Below are positions 49,386 through 59,638 of a DNA stretch of 64,000 nt, in pieces. Under the pieces are notes generated by a model that saw nothing but the letters and a program-made list of their open reading frames with translations, searched no databases and had not been told where the DNA came from. Both the position numbers and the translations under genes were made by a program. Position 1 is the first letter of the stretch; each line of letters starts with the position of its first letter. This stretch comes from Candidatus Obscuribacteraceae bacterium (GTDB taxonomy: Bacteria > Cyanobacteriota > Vampirovibrionia > Obscuribacterales > Obscuribacteraceae), in NCBI GenBank assembly GCA_044226015.1, contig JBGAHS010000005.1:256001-320000 (forward strand), read 5' to 3'.

Positions 49386-49887
49386 GAACAAATCCCTCGT
49401 AAAGTGACTGGATTTTGTTCAATAGCTGAATTAGAGCAGGGGACTGCTCTTGTTGCGCGACAGTCTTTTTCAAGACTAGTAATTAGAACGCCAGTAAAAT
49501 GTCGCGATGAATTTAATTGAGCTATTAAACAAATCGACATGCGCCGATGCGACGTCGAGTCTCAGCCCATCACGTGTGCCTTTGCCATCGATGTGCCTCC
49601 TGAGTCATCGAAGTCAATAAGCTATAACTCCTATTTTCGACTCACCCGTAAGAGCGTCAAATAGGAAACCTCACTTGAGGTTATATGTCAGCAATTTTCG
49701 AACCTTTTCCTGATTGCCTTTTTCTTGCCCTGCAACCTTGATGGAATTAATATCACATCGATTTGTTGCAAACTTGTGAAATGCTTCTTTGCTTAGCTTC
49801 GTATTTTCCGCATAAAATAAGTTTTTAACTTACTGAGGAACTGAAATTCCACAGAAGTGTTTCAACGAAATCGTTAATAAGCAGGAG

Positions 49888-50943
49888 ATGCGAATGATAA
49901 AGATGTCAGTTGGGAAAAGTGCTAGAGCTATTTTGCTTGCCTATACATTGATAGCTTCAATAGCTTTGGATTGCACCAATGCATTCGCGGCTCCACCGTC
50001 AGCACCTGCTTCTCCAGCAAAACTGACTAGCGCAAAAACAAAATCAAACTCAAAAGAAGCTGCCAAAGAACTTTCGGCAAAGTCTTATGCAAAGCCAGGC
50101 AGCAAGATATTTTTGTGGAAAGCCAGTTCGGAATCAGGACCAACGCTATATCTTTTGGGCACCATTCACGTTTTCAAAAACGTTTACTATCCACTTCCTG
50201 ATGATATGGAGAATGCTTTCAAAAGGGCTCGCGCACTACTGGTTGAAATTGATATCAGCAAATCCGATCCTGAAGTGACGAAGCAACTCGTTAATCAGAA
50301 AGGAGTTTATGGTGCTGGAGACAATATCACAAACCACATAAGTCCAGAGACTGCCAAACTTTTGCAAGACTACTGCGTCAAGTCCGGAATGCCGTTTGCA
50401 AATATAGCAAGACTAAAACCATGGGTAGTTGCTTTGACTATAACCCAGCAGGAACTGCAGCGTTTGGGCTATAGCATTAATGCGGGAATTGACAGGCACT
50501 TCATTGATGAGGCAAATGGCATTGGTAAGAAAGTCATCGGAATCGAGACCGAAGAATTTCAACTGGGTGTGTTTACTTCACTGTCAGAAGAGCTACAAGA
50601 CAAAATGCTCAAATTGACGCTGGTTGATATGAATCTGCTGCCACAAGATGCTGGCGATATGATGAAAGCCTGGTTTCAGGGAAATGAATCGGCACTAGAC
50701 CAGTTAATGACGAAGGACGTAAGAGAGCATCCTGATCTTGCGCCATTAGACGAGAAGCTTCTTTATGAGCGAAATGTCTCAATGGAAAAGACTTTGGAAT
50801 CTTACTTGAAGGGTTCGCCTTCCGATGTGTTCTTAGTTGCAATTGGCTCGGGACATCTTGCTGGAGCTAGAAGCGTTATCGATATTCTGAAACAGAAAGG
50901 CTATAAGGTAGAGCAGCTAAGTGCAGGTTCGCTGAAAGAATAG
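49888..50943 (+). CDS. TraB/GumN (Tiki-like) family exported protein
   Basis: FLWK, LYLLGTIH, GID, GIET, RN, AIGSGHL; signal peptide. Confidence 0.9.
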   Translation: MRMIKMSVGKSARAILLAYTLIASIALDCTNAFAAPPSAPASPAKLTSAKTKSNSKEAAKELSAKSYAKPGSKIFLWKASSESGPTLYLLGTIHVFKNVYYPLPDDMENAFKRARALLVEIDISKSDPEVTKQLVNQKGVYGAGDNITNHISPETAKLLQDYCVKSGMPFANIARLKPWVVALTITQQELQRLGYSINAGIDRHFIDEANGIGKKVIGIETEEFQLGVFTSLSEELQDKMLKLTLVDMNLLPQDAGDMMKAWFQGNESALDQLMTKDVREHPDLAPLDEKLLYERNVSMEKTLESYLKGSPSDVFLVAIGSGHLAGARSVIDILKQKGYKVEQLSAGSLKE

Positions 50944-52995
50944 TTAGTCTTTTCCATCATCTGCATCAAGTTTTTCAGTTACCGCTTTTGCTTCCTCAGC
51001 CAGTGCCTTAGATTTCTGTGCCCATTCGGCTTCCGGCATTTTTCTATAGAGATCAGCTAGTGCCAGGAGGCAATCTCTATAGGTTTCGCCCTTACCGAGA
51101 TGCTCAGCACTCCATCTGGTGGCATCTTCCAATTCCTGTTTTGCTTTAGCGAGATTGTTGTTGCTTGCGTTCAGAACGCCAAAAAGGAAGTTAGCTTCTA
51201 TTTTTAGGCTCCACCCTTCTCTCGTAGCCGGATTTTTCGGAGCATGTTCGACAGCTTCAGCAAGAATGGCTTTTTGCTCATCCGTGCGCAATTGTTGGCG
51301 GTAAACATCCGCCAGTTGAATTCTAAATCGAGAGCGGAACGTGCCTTCACGTAAATTTAGCAGGTCGAAGACTCTGATCGCGCGTTTTAGAAGATTCTCT
51401 TGTTTCGTTCGCGCCCTGATAGCTAATTTGTCAGCACAGTGTGAAATTCGCTCACCGAAAGCCACAGCTAATCTTGCTCTTTGTTCACGTTGTACATTGG
51501 TAGATACCGGCTGCTCCCATTCTTTTAAGAGCTTCATCAGTGCTTCATATTCGGTGTTCACTTTCTGATTTGCAAGTGTTACGAGGTCGTTGTTGACCTC
51601 TTCAAGCTTTGCTGCGTCGTGGTTGCGTCCGTAGGCTTCAACTTCCTTTTGCAGAGTGGTCTCTAGTTTGCGACCATCATCACCAAACTTTCTGGCGATG
51701 TCTTCGCATTTCTCAAGCATGTCGGCAGCCTTTGCATACTCTTCCTTTCGCATCAGCTCATCCGCGTAAGCGATTCCCCATTGCCAGCGCAGTTTGTCAT
51801 AGAGAGCGCCCGTGTCTCCTGGAGGTCCCTGAAAAAAGAAGAGAAGCCAGAAAGCCGCAATCAAAGCCGAGCAGATGGAAGCAGTTCCCAGATAGATTGT
51901 AGTCTTACTGACCTTCTTTTTTGCATCTTTGTCTTGAAATCTGTAATTCTCTCCACTGTCATCGCTTAGCTCGGGAACTCGTGGTACTGGTATCGCTCCG
52001 ACTTTGAGTCCTTTCAATCCCGCTGCGTAGGAAGCATCAAACAGCGCCTGTCTGAGTTCGCCGGCTGACTGAAAGCGCTTAGCTGGTGATTTTTCCAGGC
52101 ACTTCAATATTACGGCGTCTAGCTCTGCTGGCACTTCTACGGCTGCTGTAAGTGTCAGCGGTTTTGGTTTTTCGTTGACGTGTTTAACGGCTGTGTTGAC
52201 GAAAGTTGGTCCTACTAGTGGTGGCATGCCGGCGAGGCATTCATACATCAGGCAGCCAAATGAGTATATGTCACTGCGTGCGTCAAGCTGCCTGCCCTGA
52301 CATTGTTCGGGGCTCATGTAAGCAGGGGTGCCGAATATTTCACCTGTTTGTGTCAGTTGTTGTTGTTTTCGGATTTCCTCATCAGATGCCTTTTTAACAA
52401 GTTTTGCTATACCAAAGTCAACCAGTTTTACTGACTTACTTCCATCATCCTGTTTGATAAGCACCAGATTTGATGGCTTCACATCTCTGTGAACGATTCC
52501 TTTCTTATGAGCATGGTCGAGTCCTTCACAGACCTGAGTAAAGATATCCACTGCCTCTTGCAGTTGCAGATGACCTTTCTTTTGCAGAACGTCATCGAGA
52601 CTTTCACCTTCAAGGCAGTCCATAATAAAGAATGCCCGACCGTCTGCTGTCACTCCATAATCATGAACTGTAACCACATTTGGGTGTGACAGAGCACTAG
52701 CGGCTTGTGCCTCCAGTTGAAATCGTGCAGCGGCGACAGGGTCTTCGGCACCGAGGTAATGCAGCAGTTTAATTGCTACAACCCGTTTCATGAAAATGTG
52801 CCTGGCCTTGTACACACGGCTCATGCCGCCTTCTCCAAGCACAGATAGAATTTCATATTTGTCGGCGAAAATACTTCCGATTGTGATGTCGCCACTCTGG
52901 GATGCTGCCGTTGGCAAGAGCGCGCCATTATCGGCCGGACACATTGTCGTTCCAGCTGGATATTCTTTGCTGCAGATGGCACATTTAAGTGCCAT
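50944..52995 (-). CDS. Ser/Thr protein kinase with N-terminal zinc ribbon, TM and TPR-like C-terminus
   Basis: CAIC...CPAD; LGEGGMS, HRDVKPSN, DFGIAK, GTPAYMSPE; start ATG 52995 after GGAG. Confidence 0.92.
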   Translation of the reverse strand: MALKCAICSKEYPAGTTMCPADNGALLPTAASQSGDITIGSIFADKYEILSVLGEGGMSRVYKARHIFMKRVVAIKLLHYLGAEDPVAAARFQLEAQAASALSHPNVVTVHDYGVTADGRAFFIMDCLEGESLDDVLQKKGHLQLQEAVDIFTQVCEGLDHAHKKGIVHRDVKPSNLVLIKQDDGSKSVKLVDFGIAKLVKKASDEEIRKQQQLTQTGEIFGTPAYMSPEQCQGRQLDARSDIYSFGCLMYECLAGMPPLVGPTFVNTAVKHVNEKPKPLTLTAAVEVPAELDAVILKCLEKSPAKRFQSAGELRQALFDASYAAGLKGLKVGAIPVPRVPELSDDSGENYRFQDKDAKKKVSKTTIYLGTASICSALIAAFWLLFFFQGPPGDTGALYDKLRWQWGIAYADELMRKEEYAKAADMLEKCEDIARKFGDDGRKLETTLQKEVEAYGRNHDAAKLEEVNNDLVTLANQKVNTEYEALMKLLKEWEQPVSTNVQREQRARLAVAFGERISHCADKLAIRARTKQENLLKRAIRVFDLLNLREGTFRSRFRIQLADVYRQQLRTDEQKAILAEAVEHAPKNPATREGWSLKIEANFLFGVLNASNNNLAKAKQELEDATRWSAEHLGKGETYRDCLLALADLYRKMPEAEWAQKSKALAEEAKAVTEKLDADDGKD

Positions 52996-53104
52996 TGGAT
53001 GCTCCGCCAAAGCTGAGTCCCCTAATCCCATTCTCATTGTACCTGACGTGACTGAAACTGAGTGATCTCAGTCTAGCAAACAAAACTTTCAGGGCGGTTT
53101 CAGA

Positions 53105-55144
53105 TTATTTTTTAGACTTTTGTCTTCGCTTTACTAACTGATCTTGCACTGCCATTAGCTGGTCACGCAATTCTGCCGCACGCTCAAATTCCATGGCGCG
53201 AGCAGCTGTTTTCATCTCTTTCTCCAACTTGGCGACTAGTTTTGGTAAATCGAGTTCTGGTGATGCTTCAAGTTGCTCAGCTAGTTTTTCGGCGCTAATT
53301 CTCTCGACTTTATTAGCTTGAGATTCCTTGCCTCTCAACTGGTCTAACAGAGCATTGCTTGTATCTTTTACGATGGTTTGCGGAATTATGTTGTGCTCTT
53401 TGTTGTAGGCCAGCTGAATATCACGCCTTCTCTGTGTTTCAGAAATGGCTTTAGCCATTGAGTCTGTGACGCGGTCACCATAAAGAATAACTCTACCAGC
53501 TGCATTTCGAGCCGCTCTTCCGATGGTTTGAATCAGTGATTTTTCTGCGCGTAGGAAGCCTTCTTTGTCGGCTTCCATAATTGCCACAAGAGAAACTTCG
53601 GGCAAATCTAACCCTTCTCTCAAGAGATTTACTCCCACAAGCACATCGTAGTGACCCAAGCGAAGGTCGCGCAGCAACTCAACCCGGTCAAGTGCGTGTA
53701 CTTCTGAGTGAAGCCAGCGCACGCGAATCTGTAATTGCTGCAGATATTCGGTTAAGTCTTCTGCCATTCGCTTGGTCAAAGTTGTGATCAAAACACGCTC
53801 TTTGTTTTCGGCTCGTGTCCTTATCTCTTTGATCAAATCATCAATTTGCCCTTGAATGGGTCTGACTTCGACTTCTGGATCTACCAATCCGGTAGGGCGA
53901 ATAATTTGCTCAACAATTTGCTTGCTGATTGATAATTCGCGATCAGCCGGTGTTGCAGAAACGAAAATCACCTTTCCTACTTTGTCAAAAAACTCATCAT
54001 GAGTTAGCGGACGATTGTCTCTTGCACAGGGCAATCTAAAGCCAAAGTCGATCAACGTGTCTTTTCTAGAACGGTCGCCAGCATACATGCCTTGAAGCTG
54101 TGGCACGGAGACGTGAGATTCATCAATGAAAGTGAGAAAACCATCTCTGCCGAAACGTCGGACGAAATAATCAACGAGTGTCTGTGGCGGTTCACCAGAA
54201 ATTCTTTGCTCCATTATGCGCGAATAATTTTCGATGCCGTTGCAATAGCCAACCTCTTTCAGCATCTCAATGTCGAACTGAGTGCGCTGTTTCAGTCTCT
54301 GTGCCTCGACTAATTTCTGGTCGCGAATCAGCACTTCGAGCCGCTCTTCTAGCTCGATCTGAATCTGCGCAATCGCTTGCTCAATGGTATCTTCGTCTGC
54401 TACATAGTGTTTTGCTGGGTAGATCTTGATCTGATCTACCAGCTCTTCTATTTCGCCTGTTACCGGGTTTACTACTGAAATGCGCTCAATTTCATCGCCG
54501 AACATTTCAATGCGGACGATGCGTTCTTCGTAAGCGGGGTAAATTTCAACAATATCTCCGCGGGCTCTAAAACGAGCACGTTCTGCCACCATGTCGTTGC
54601 GTTCATAGTGGATATCTACGAACGCGCGCAGAAGCGCGTTTCGCTCAACAACGTCTCCAACTTTTATTTCAATTGCTGCTGAAAGATAGCGTTCGGGAAC
54701 TCCAAGACCGTAAATACAGCTTACAGATGCCACAACAACAACATCCTCTCTCTCCCAGAGAGAGCGTGTTGTAGAGTGTCGAAGCCGGTCAATTTCATCG
54801 TTGATGCTCGCTTCTTTTTCAATAAAAGTGTCTGTGCTCGGAATGTAAGATTCCGGCTGGTAGTAATCGTAATAGCTGATGAAGTACTCGACAGCGTTCT
54901 GCGGAAAAAATTCACGAAACTCGTTGCAGAGCTGTGCGGCAAGGGTTTTATTGTGCGCAAGCACGAGGGCTGGCATGCCAGTCTCTTGAATGACTTGTGC
55001 CATAGTCATTGTTTTGCCGGACCCCGTCACACCTAAAAGCGTCTGGTAGGGGTACTCTTTTCTAACGCCTTCAGAAAGTTTCTTTATGGCTTGCGGTTGG
55101 TCACCGGCAGGGCTGAATTTTGAGACGACCTTAAACTGCGACAT
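53105..55144 (-). CDS. uvrB: Excinuclease ABC subunit B
   Basis: GDQPQAI, GVTGSGKT, YYDYYQPE, GRAARN, C-terminal UVR domain FERAAELRD. Confidence 0.98.
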   Translation of the reverse strand: MSQFKVVSKFSPAGDQPQAIKKLSEGVRKEYPYQTLLGVTGSGKTMTMAQVIQETGMPALVLAHNKTLAAQLCNEFREFFPQNAVEYFISYYDYYQPESYIPSTDTFIEKEASINDEIDRLRHSTTRSLWEREDVVVVASVSCIYGLGVPERYLSAAIEIKVGDVVERNALLRAFVDIHYERNDMVAERARFRARGDIVEIYPAYEERIVRIEMFGDEIERISVVNPVTGEIEELVDQIKIYPAKHYVADEDTIEQAIAQIQIELEERLEVLIRDQKLVEAQRLKQRTQFDIEMLKEVGYCNGIENYSRIMEQRISGEPPQTLVDYFVRRFGRDGFLTFIDESHVSVPQLQGMYAGDRSRKDTLIDFGFRLPCARDNRPLTHDEFFDKVGKVIFVSATPADRELSISKQIVEQIIRPTGLVDPEVEVRPIQGQIDDLIKEIRTRAENKERVLITTLTKRMAEDLTEYLQQLQIRVRWLHSEVHALDRVELLRDLRLGHYDVLVGVNLLREGLDLPEVSLVAIMEADKEGFLRAEKSLIQTIGRAARNAAGRVILYGDRVTDSMAKAISETQRRRDIQLAYNKEHNIIPQTIVKDTSNALLDQLRGKESQANKVERISAEKLAEQLEASPELDLPKLVAKLEKEMKTAARAMEFERAAELRDQLMAVQDQLVKRRQKSKK

Positions 55145-55221
55145 CCCAGACTCCTATCGTAATCTGAGATCCTATCACTAAACTTATCTAAGCTGCCACA
55201 GGGGCTTAATGCTGCTTAGAA

Positions 55222-55428
55222 TTAACTCTTTGACTTCTCTTCTTCGGTCTGTTTTTCGCTCTCTTTGAGCGCCACGGACATTTCGTGTTGAGCATCAGTC
55301 AGCGAACGCTTGAAGTTCCCAATGCCTTGTCCCAGTGCTTTTCCAAGCTCAGGCAATTTCTTAGGACCGAATATGAGGAGAGCTACGCCAAAAACGATAG
55401 CTATTTCACCGGGACCGACGTTAAACAT
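55222..55428 (-). CDS. tatA: Twin-arginine translocase TatA/E
   Basis: GPGEIAIV...[21 protein letters not shown]. Confidence 0.93.
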   Translation of the reverse strand: MFNVGPGEIAIVFGVALLIFGPKKLPELGKALGQGIGNFKRSLTDAQHEMSVALKESEKQTEEEKSKS

Positions 55429-55475
55429 GCTTTTGACCTCAAAACTCCTCTATCATCCTAACACACGTTGACTGA

Positions 55476-57131
55476 TTATTTCTTGAATGGCCAATCTTTC
55501 GGGTTCGAACTGTCTGTGCTGACTGGCTTGTCTTTGCCGGAAGAAGCAGAGGGCTTGCCTGCGTCTTTCCTGGTAGAGCCTGTGCTGGCACCTGATTTTG
55601 AACCTGTCTTGCTTTCGCCAGCACCGCCCTTTTCGTCACCTTTCTTAGGCGCCGCCTTCTCTTCTGGTGGTTTTGCACCGTTTGAGAAGGTCACCAGCGG
55701 CTCCTCAATGTTCTTGGTCCATTTTGTCAGGTGAATTCTGTCGGCAAGCTCAGCCACAGCAGCTTCCATGAATGCGTAGTCTGGAATCAGTCCCTCAGGT
55801 TCGAGATGTTGGTCAAGCGCGTCGGCATTGATACTTGAATTTGGTCGATTCTCAACAAAAGTGGACGGCTTCATGAAAGTTACTGCACCCACATAAATCG
55901 AAGATGGGTTGAGGCGCAAGAACTTTGGCTTGTTTTCGAGAAATTGATTGTAGAGAGCCGCAATGTGTGGATGGTCCGGCTGCCTCTGCAAGTGATCAAG
56001 GTGGCTGCCGAAAATACAGACGGCGAGTTCTGGCTTCAGTTGAACGAGTTCTTTTACATATTGAGAGCCATCTCTTTCACGAAAGTATGCTATCGACTCG
56101 TCATAACTTGCTACAGGAGGCAATTGCTTTTGGGGATCTATAGCAACCTTTTCCTTTTCTTTTTCGCTTTTTGTTTTCTTCGGTAACTGAAAGACTGGTA
56201 AAGCCCAGAGCGCTTTTGTTACTGAAGGAGGATAGATTTGCTTGTCCATGCCGATGTCAGTTGCGTAAGGAATGGCAAATTCGGTTGTCTCATCCCAGAC
56301 GCCGTTGTTATTTTCGTCGAAAAAAGCAACACCCATGATTTCTGGTTCGTCTGCTTTCTTGTGAGCACCAGGAGCCTTTGAAGCATCTTTTTGATATCTG
56401 AGCTTTTTGTAGTCGACGACAGCTTGACCTATAGCACCTGTTCCTTGCTTGTAGTGTTTGTTGACCATCATGTCGTGTGCACCACCGAGAGTGGCAGGAA
56501 AATAAAGATTGCCAATTGGACTCTCGTAAAATGCCAACCATCCTACAAAAGGTAAGTCCTCTGCATACTTGCCCATAGTGACCAACAGTGTATTGCCACC
56601 GTTCGACCAGCCGACTGCTCCTACGCATTTCGGGTCCGCTTTGTAAGGCAATAATTCCGATATCGTCTTATTCTGGTAGTCCGGTATTTGGCCGGCTGCG
56701 AACCTCAGTACATCACGCAGCGCTTCTTGCGATTTCACACCTCTGTTGTCATAGATGCCCGAGGACATGAAACCTGGTTTTCCACCTCCAGGAAATGCAA
56801 ACCTGACTTCAACAAGTCCCTGCTGTGCTGCATGCATCGAAAAGTCGAGACCCTGGCTGCCGCTGCCGCCTGGTACGACCACCACCACTGGTGCAGCATC
56901 TTTGTACCGCGCCTTCTTCGAGAAAATGAGATTGACGGCAATTCCGTCTCCAGGTGCAGCTTCCGAAGGCACGTATGTGCTTATCGAATCCTCTTTAACC
57001 ATTGGAGGAATTTTGAGTGAACCTGTGGGAAGGTCAGCTGCACTCGCTAACAGCGGGGCTGGTTGGCTAAATGCGATCGCGCAGACAGCGAGAAACTGTG
57101 CTACGTTCTTTCGGTGTTTTGACAGGGACAT
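55476..57131 (-). CDS. Exported putative alpha/beta-hydrolase
   Basis: Signal peptide; PVVVVVPGG; nucleophile elbow GWSNGG. Confidence 0.7.
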   Translation of the reverse strand: MSLSKHRKNVAQFLAVCAIAFSQPAPLLASAADLPTGSLKIPPMVKEDSISTYVPSEAAPGDGIAVNLIFSKKARYKDAAPVVVVVPGGSGSQGLDFSMHAAQQGLVEVRFAFPGGGKPGFMSSGIYDNRGVKSQEALRDVLRFAAGQIPDYQNKTISELLPYKADPKCVGAVGWSNGGNTLLVTMGKYAEDLPFVGWLAFYESPIGNLYFPATLGGAHDMMVNKHYKQGTGAIGQAVVDYKKLRYQKDASKAPGAHKKADEPEIMGVAFFDENNNGVWDETTEFAIPYATDIGMDKQIYPPSVTKALWALPVFQLPKKTKSEKEKEKVAIDPQKQLPPVASYDESIAYFRERDGSQYVKELVQLKPELAVCIFGSHLDHLQRQPDHPHIAALYNQFLENKPKFLRLNPSSIYVGAVTFMKPSTFVENRPNSSINADALDQHLEPEGLIPDYAFMEAAVAELADRIHLTKWTKNIEEPLVTFSNGAKPPEEKAAPKKGDEKGGAGESKTGSKSGASTGSTRKDAGKPSASSGKDKPVSTDSSNPKDWPFKK

Positions 57132-57143
57132 AAACTTTCCTGA

Positions 57144-59282
57144 TCAGGGCAACAATGGTTTCAGGTTTCTGAAATCGCCGATGGCTGCGAAGTATCTGTA
57201 GATGCTTCCGAGGAGTGCGCGACGATTGTCTCTCTTCTTTTGATCGGGATCTTCCACCAGAACGTTGTCGAAGAATTTCTCTACAGGAGAAGAAAGACAG
57301 CTCAGTGAGCAAAGAAGTTCCTTGTAATCTTCAAGTTTCAATTCTTGTTTTAATTTGTTTTCTGGCCAGGCTGATACCACTTTACTCATGAAGGTGGAGT
57401 AAAGTTCTTTCTCTGCCTCATTTTCGAAAAGCGATTCGTTTGGAGCGCCAACGGCTTCTTCATTCAATATCTTTCCAATTCGAACGCCTGCTCTGACGAT
57501 TGCTAACTCGTTTTGGTTTTCTACTAGCGCTTGCAGGCTCTGGCAGCGTGCCACCGCATCTGGTATGTCGCTGAGAACGCGTCCGCTTGAACATACTGCT
57601 TCGATTACTTCTCGGCTGATGCCGCGATCTAGAAGCTTGCTTCTAACTCTTTGCACCAGGAACTCACTCAAGTCAGTGAGTGCTTTCGCTGCATCAAAGC
57701 CTTTTTTGTTTGCTGCTGCTGGTTTGATTTGTTCCATCAAGAGAGCCATTAGCTCTGACACATTGACTCTATAATCAGTGAGCCCATCCATCAGGGTGTC
57801 GATAAGACCTTGAGACTGTCGGCGCAACGCGTAAGGGTCGCTCGAACCGCTAGGACGGCGTCCTAGCGCGAAGAGTCCGACAAGATTGTCTAGTTTGTCG
57901 ATGATGGATACGAACTGTCCTGTGACATCAGGAGCGATACCATCGTAGTGTGAGCGTGGAGCGTAATGACTTGCGATGGCTTCTACAACTTCAGGAAATT
58001 CACTTTCACGTGCTGCGTACCATGAACCAACGTAGCCTTGCAACTCTGGTAACTCTTTGACGAGGTCAGTTACCAGGTCTAGCTTACACAACGTCACTGC
58101 TCTCTCAATGCAGAGGCAATATTTAGGTTCAAGCATTAGTGCAGAGGTCAAATGTTTTGCTGCAAGGCAGAGTCTGTCAGTTTTCTTGAGGTAGCTACCC
58201 AGGTATTCCTGGAAAGTCAAATTGTCTAGTTTTGGCTTGCGCTCTTCCAATTTTTCTTTCTGGTCTTCAAAGAAGAAGAACTTTCCGTCCGCCAATCTGG
58301 CTTTGATGACTCTCTCATTACCCAGCTTTATTTGAGCTTCCGCTTCGCGGCGGTCATTGTTAGCCACGGTAATGAAATTTGGCATCAATGCATGCGAACC
58401 GCTATCGTCTTTTCGTTCGACAGGGAAGTATCGCTGGTGGTGCACCATGATGGTTTCGATCAAGCGATCTGGCAACTGCAAGTAATCATCGCTGAATTCT
58501 CCAACGATAGCGTGCGGCCATTCCAGAATATTCGTAACTTCATCAAGCAATGAGTCGTCGAGGCGGCGAGCTTTTCCTGCTAACTTTTCTGCCGCGTCCG
58601 AAACCTGTTTTTCAATTAAGGCTCTTCGTTCGCTCGGGTCTACCAGCACTTTTGCTTTGCGAAGTCTTTCAATGTAATTGTCTGGGTGATCGATGCTGAA
58701 CTTTTCCGGCGCCAGTACTCGGTTTCCAAATGTCTCGCGTCCCGACTCGATCGTCTCAAGACTGACCTTTAGTTCCTCAGCGTCTAGCAGAGAGACTATC
58801 CATCTGATTGGTCGCGAAAATTTTAGTTCAGAGTCGCCCCAGCGCATTGGGCGTTCACCTGATAATTGCGTGATGATGTCTGGTGCTACTTCTTGCAAGA
58901 CTTCGGCAGATGGCTTACCTTCGATGGTCAAGTCTGCCATCAGGTACTCAACCCCATTTGTCTCTTCGCGAGAGAGTTGCTCAACAGTGAGTCCTTGTTT
59001 CTGTGCGAATCTCAAAGCAGGGGGCAGAGCCTTTCCCGTGGCATCGAAACTCGATTTGACAGGCGGTCCCTTGACTTTCTTCTTTACAGTTGACTGCTTG
59101 ACCGCTAATCCCCTGACAAGGCAAGAGGTACGTCTGGGTGTACCCAGTACCTGAACTGACTCAAATGACACGTTTGCTTTTTCAAGAGCCTCAGTCATCG
59201 AAGTTTTAAGCTTCTCTTGTGCGTCAGCGACGTGGCTTGCTGGTAACTCTTCTGTACCAATTTCAAGAAGATATGTTGGCAT
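57144..59282 (-). CDS. glyS: Glycine--tRNA ligase beta subunit
   Basis: LLEIGTEELP, TPRR, MRWG, FSRPIRW, HQRYF, GNERVIKARLADG, GSSDPYALRR. Confidence 0.97.
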   Translation of the reverse strand: MPTYLLEIGTEELPASHVADAQEKLKTSMTEALEKANVSFESVQVLGTPRRTSCLVRGLAVKQSTVKKKVKGPPVKSSFDATGKALPPALRFAQKQGLTVEQLSREETNGVEYLMADLTIEGKPSAEVLQEVAPDIITQLSGERPMRWGDSELKFSRPIRWIVSLLDAEELKVSLETIESGRETFGNRVLAPEKFSIDHPDNYIERLRKAKVLVDPSERRALIEKQVSDAAEKLAGKARRLDDSLLDEVTNILEWPHAIVGEFSDDYLQLPDRLIETIMVHHQRYFPVERKDDSGSHALMPNFITVANNDRREAEAQIKLGNERVIKARLADGKFFFFEDQKEKLEERKPKLDNLTFQEYLGSYLKKTDRLCLAAKHLTSALMLEPKYCLCIERAVTLCKLDLVTDLVKELPELQGYVGSWYAARESEFPEVVEAIASHYAPRSHYDGIAPDVTGQFVSIIDKLDNLVGLFALGRRPSGSSDPYALRRQSQGLIDTLMDGLTDYRVNVSELMALLMEQIKPAAANKKGFDAAKALTDLSEFLVQRVRSKLLDRGISREVIEAVCSSGRVLSDIPDAVARCQSLQALVENQNELAIVRAGVRIGKILNEEAVGAPNESLFENEAEKELYSTFMSKVVSAWPENKLKQELKLEDYKELLCSLSCLSSPVEKFFDNVLVEDPDQKKRDNRRALLGSIYRYFAAIGDFRNLKPLLP

Positions 59283-59407
59283 TCTTTAGAACCTATCTGC
59301 GAATTCGAAGCGCTAATTATAGATGAATTGTCAACTCCAGGAATTAAAGCGGCTCCATTCACAAAGCAAGAGAAACATTTCGCGGAAGTCAAGCGAGGAG
59401 CGTCTGA

Positions 59408-59575
59408 TTGTTCCTCATTGTCGTGCTAACCTTTCGTTCATTAGAGGAGGTCGCAAGAAATGAAATTGGTTTTGTGCGCATGCATGACGATGAATGGACT
59501 ATTTGTAGATACGTAGTTGTTATGGCGGACCTTCCAAGTGAATTTCTTAAAGCTATTGAGCAGATGAAGGTCTAG
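59408..59575 (+). CDS. Possible 55-aa small protein (not in ORF track)
   Basis: GAGGAG 7 nt before TTG 59408; frame open to TAG 59575. Confidence 0.35.
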   Translation: MFLIVVLTFRSLEEVARNEIGFVRMHDDEWTICRYVVVMADLPSEFLKAIEQMKV

Positions 59576-59638
59576 TTCTGGCAACAATTCGACAATCAAT
59601 TCAATCTGTAAACTGCTTGTGCTCGGTTCAGATTCTGC

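Noticed and set aside
49888..50943. Conjugation (tra) region
   Set aside because: TraB/GumN is a Tiki-like metalloprotein family, and no conjugation genes are present
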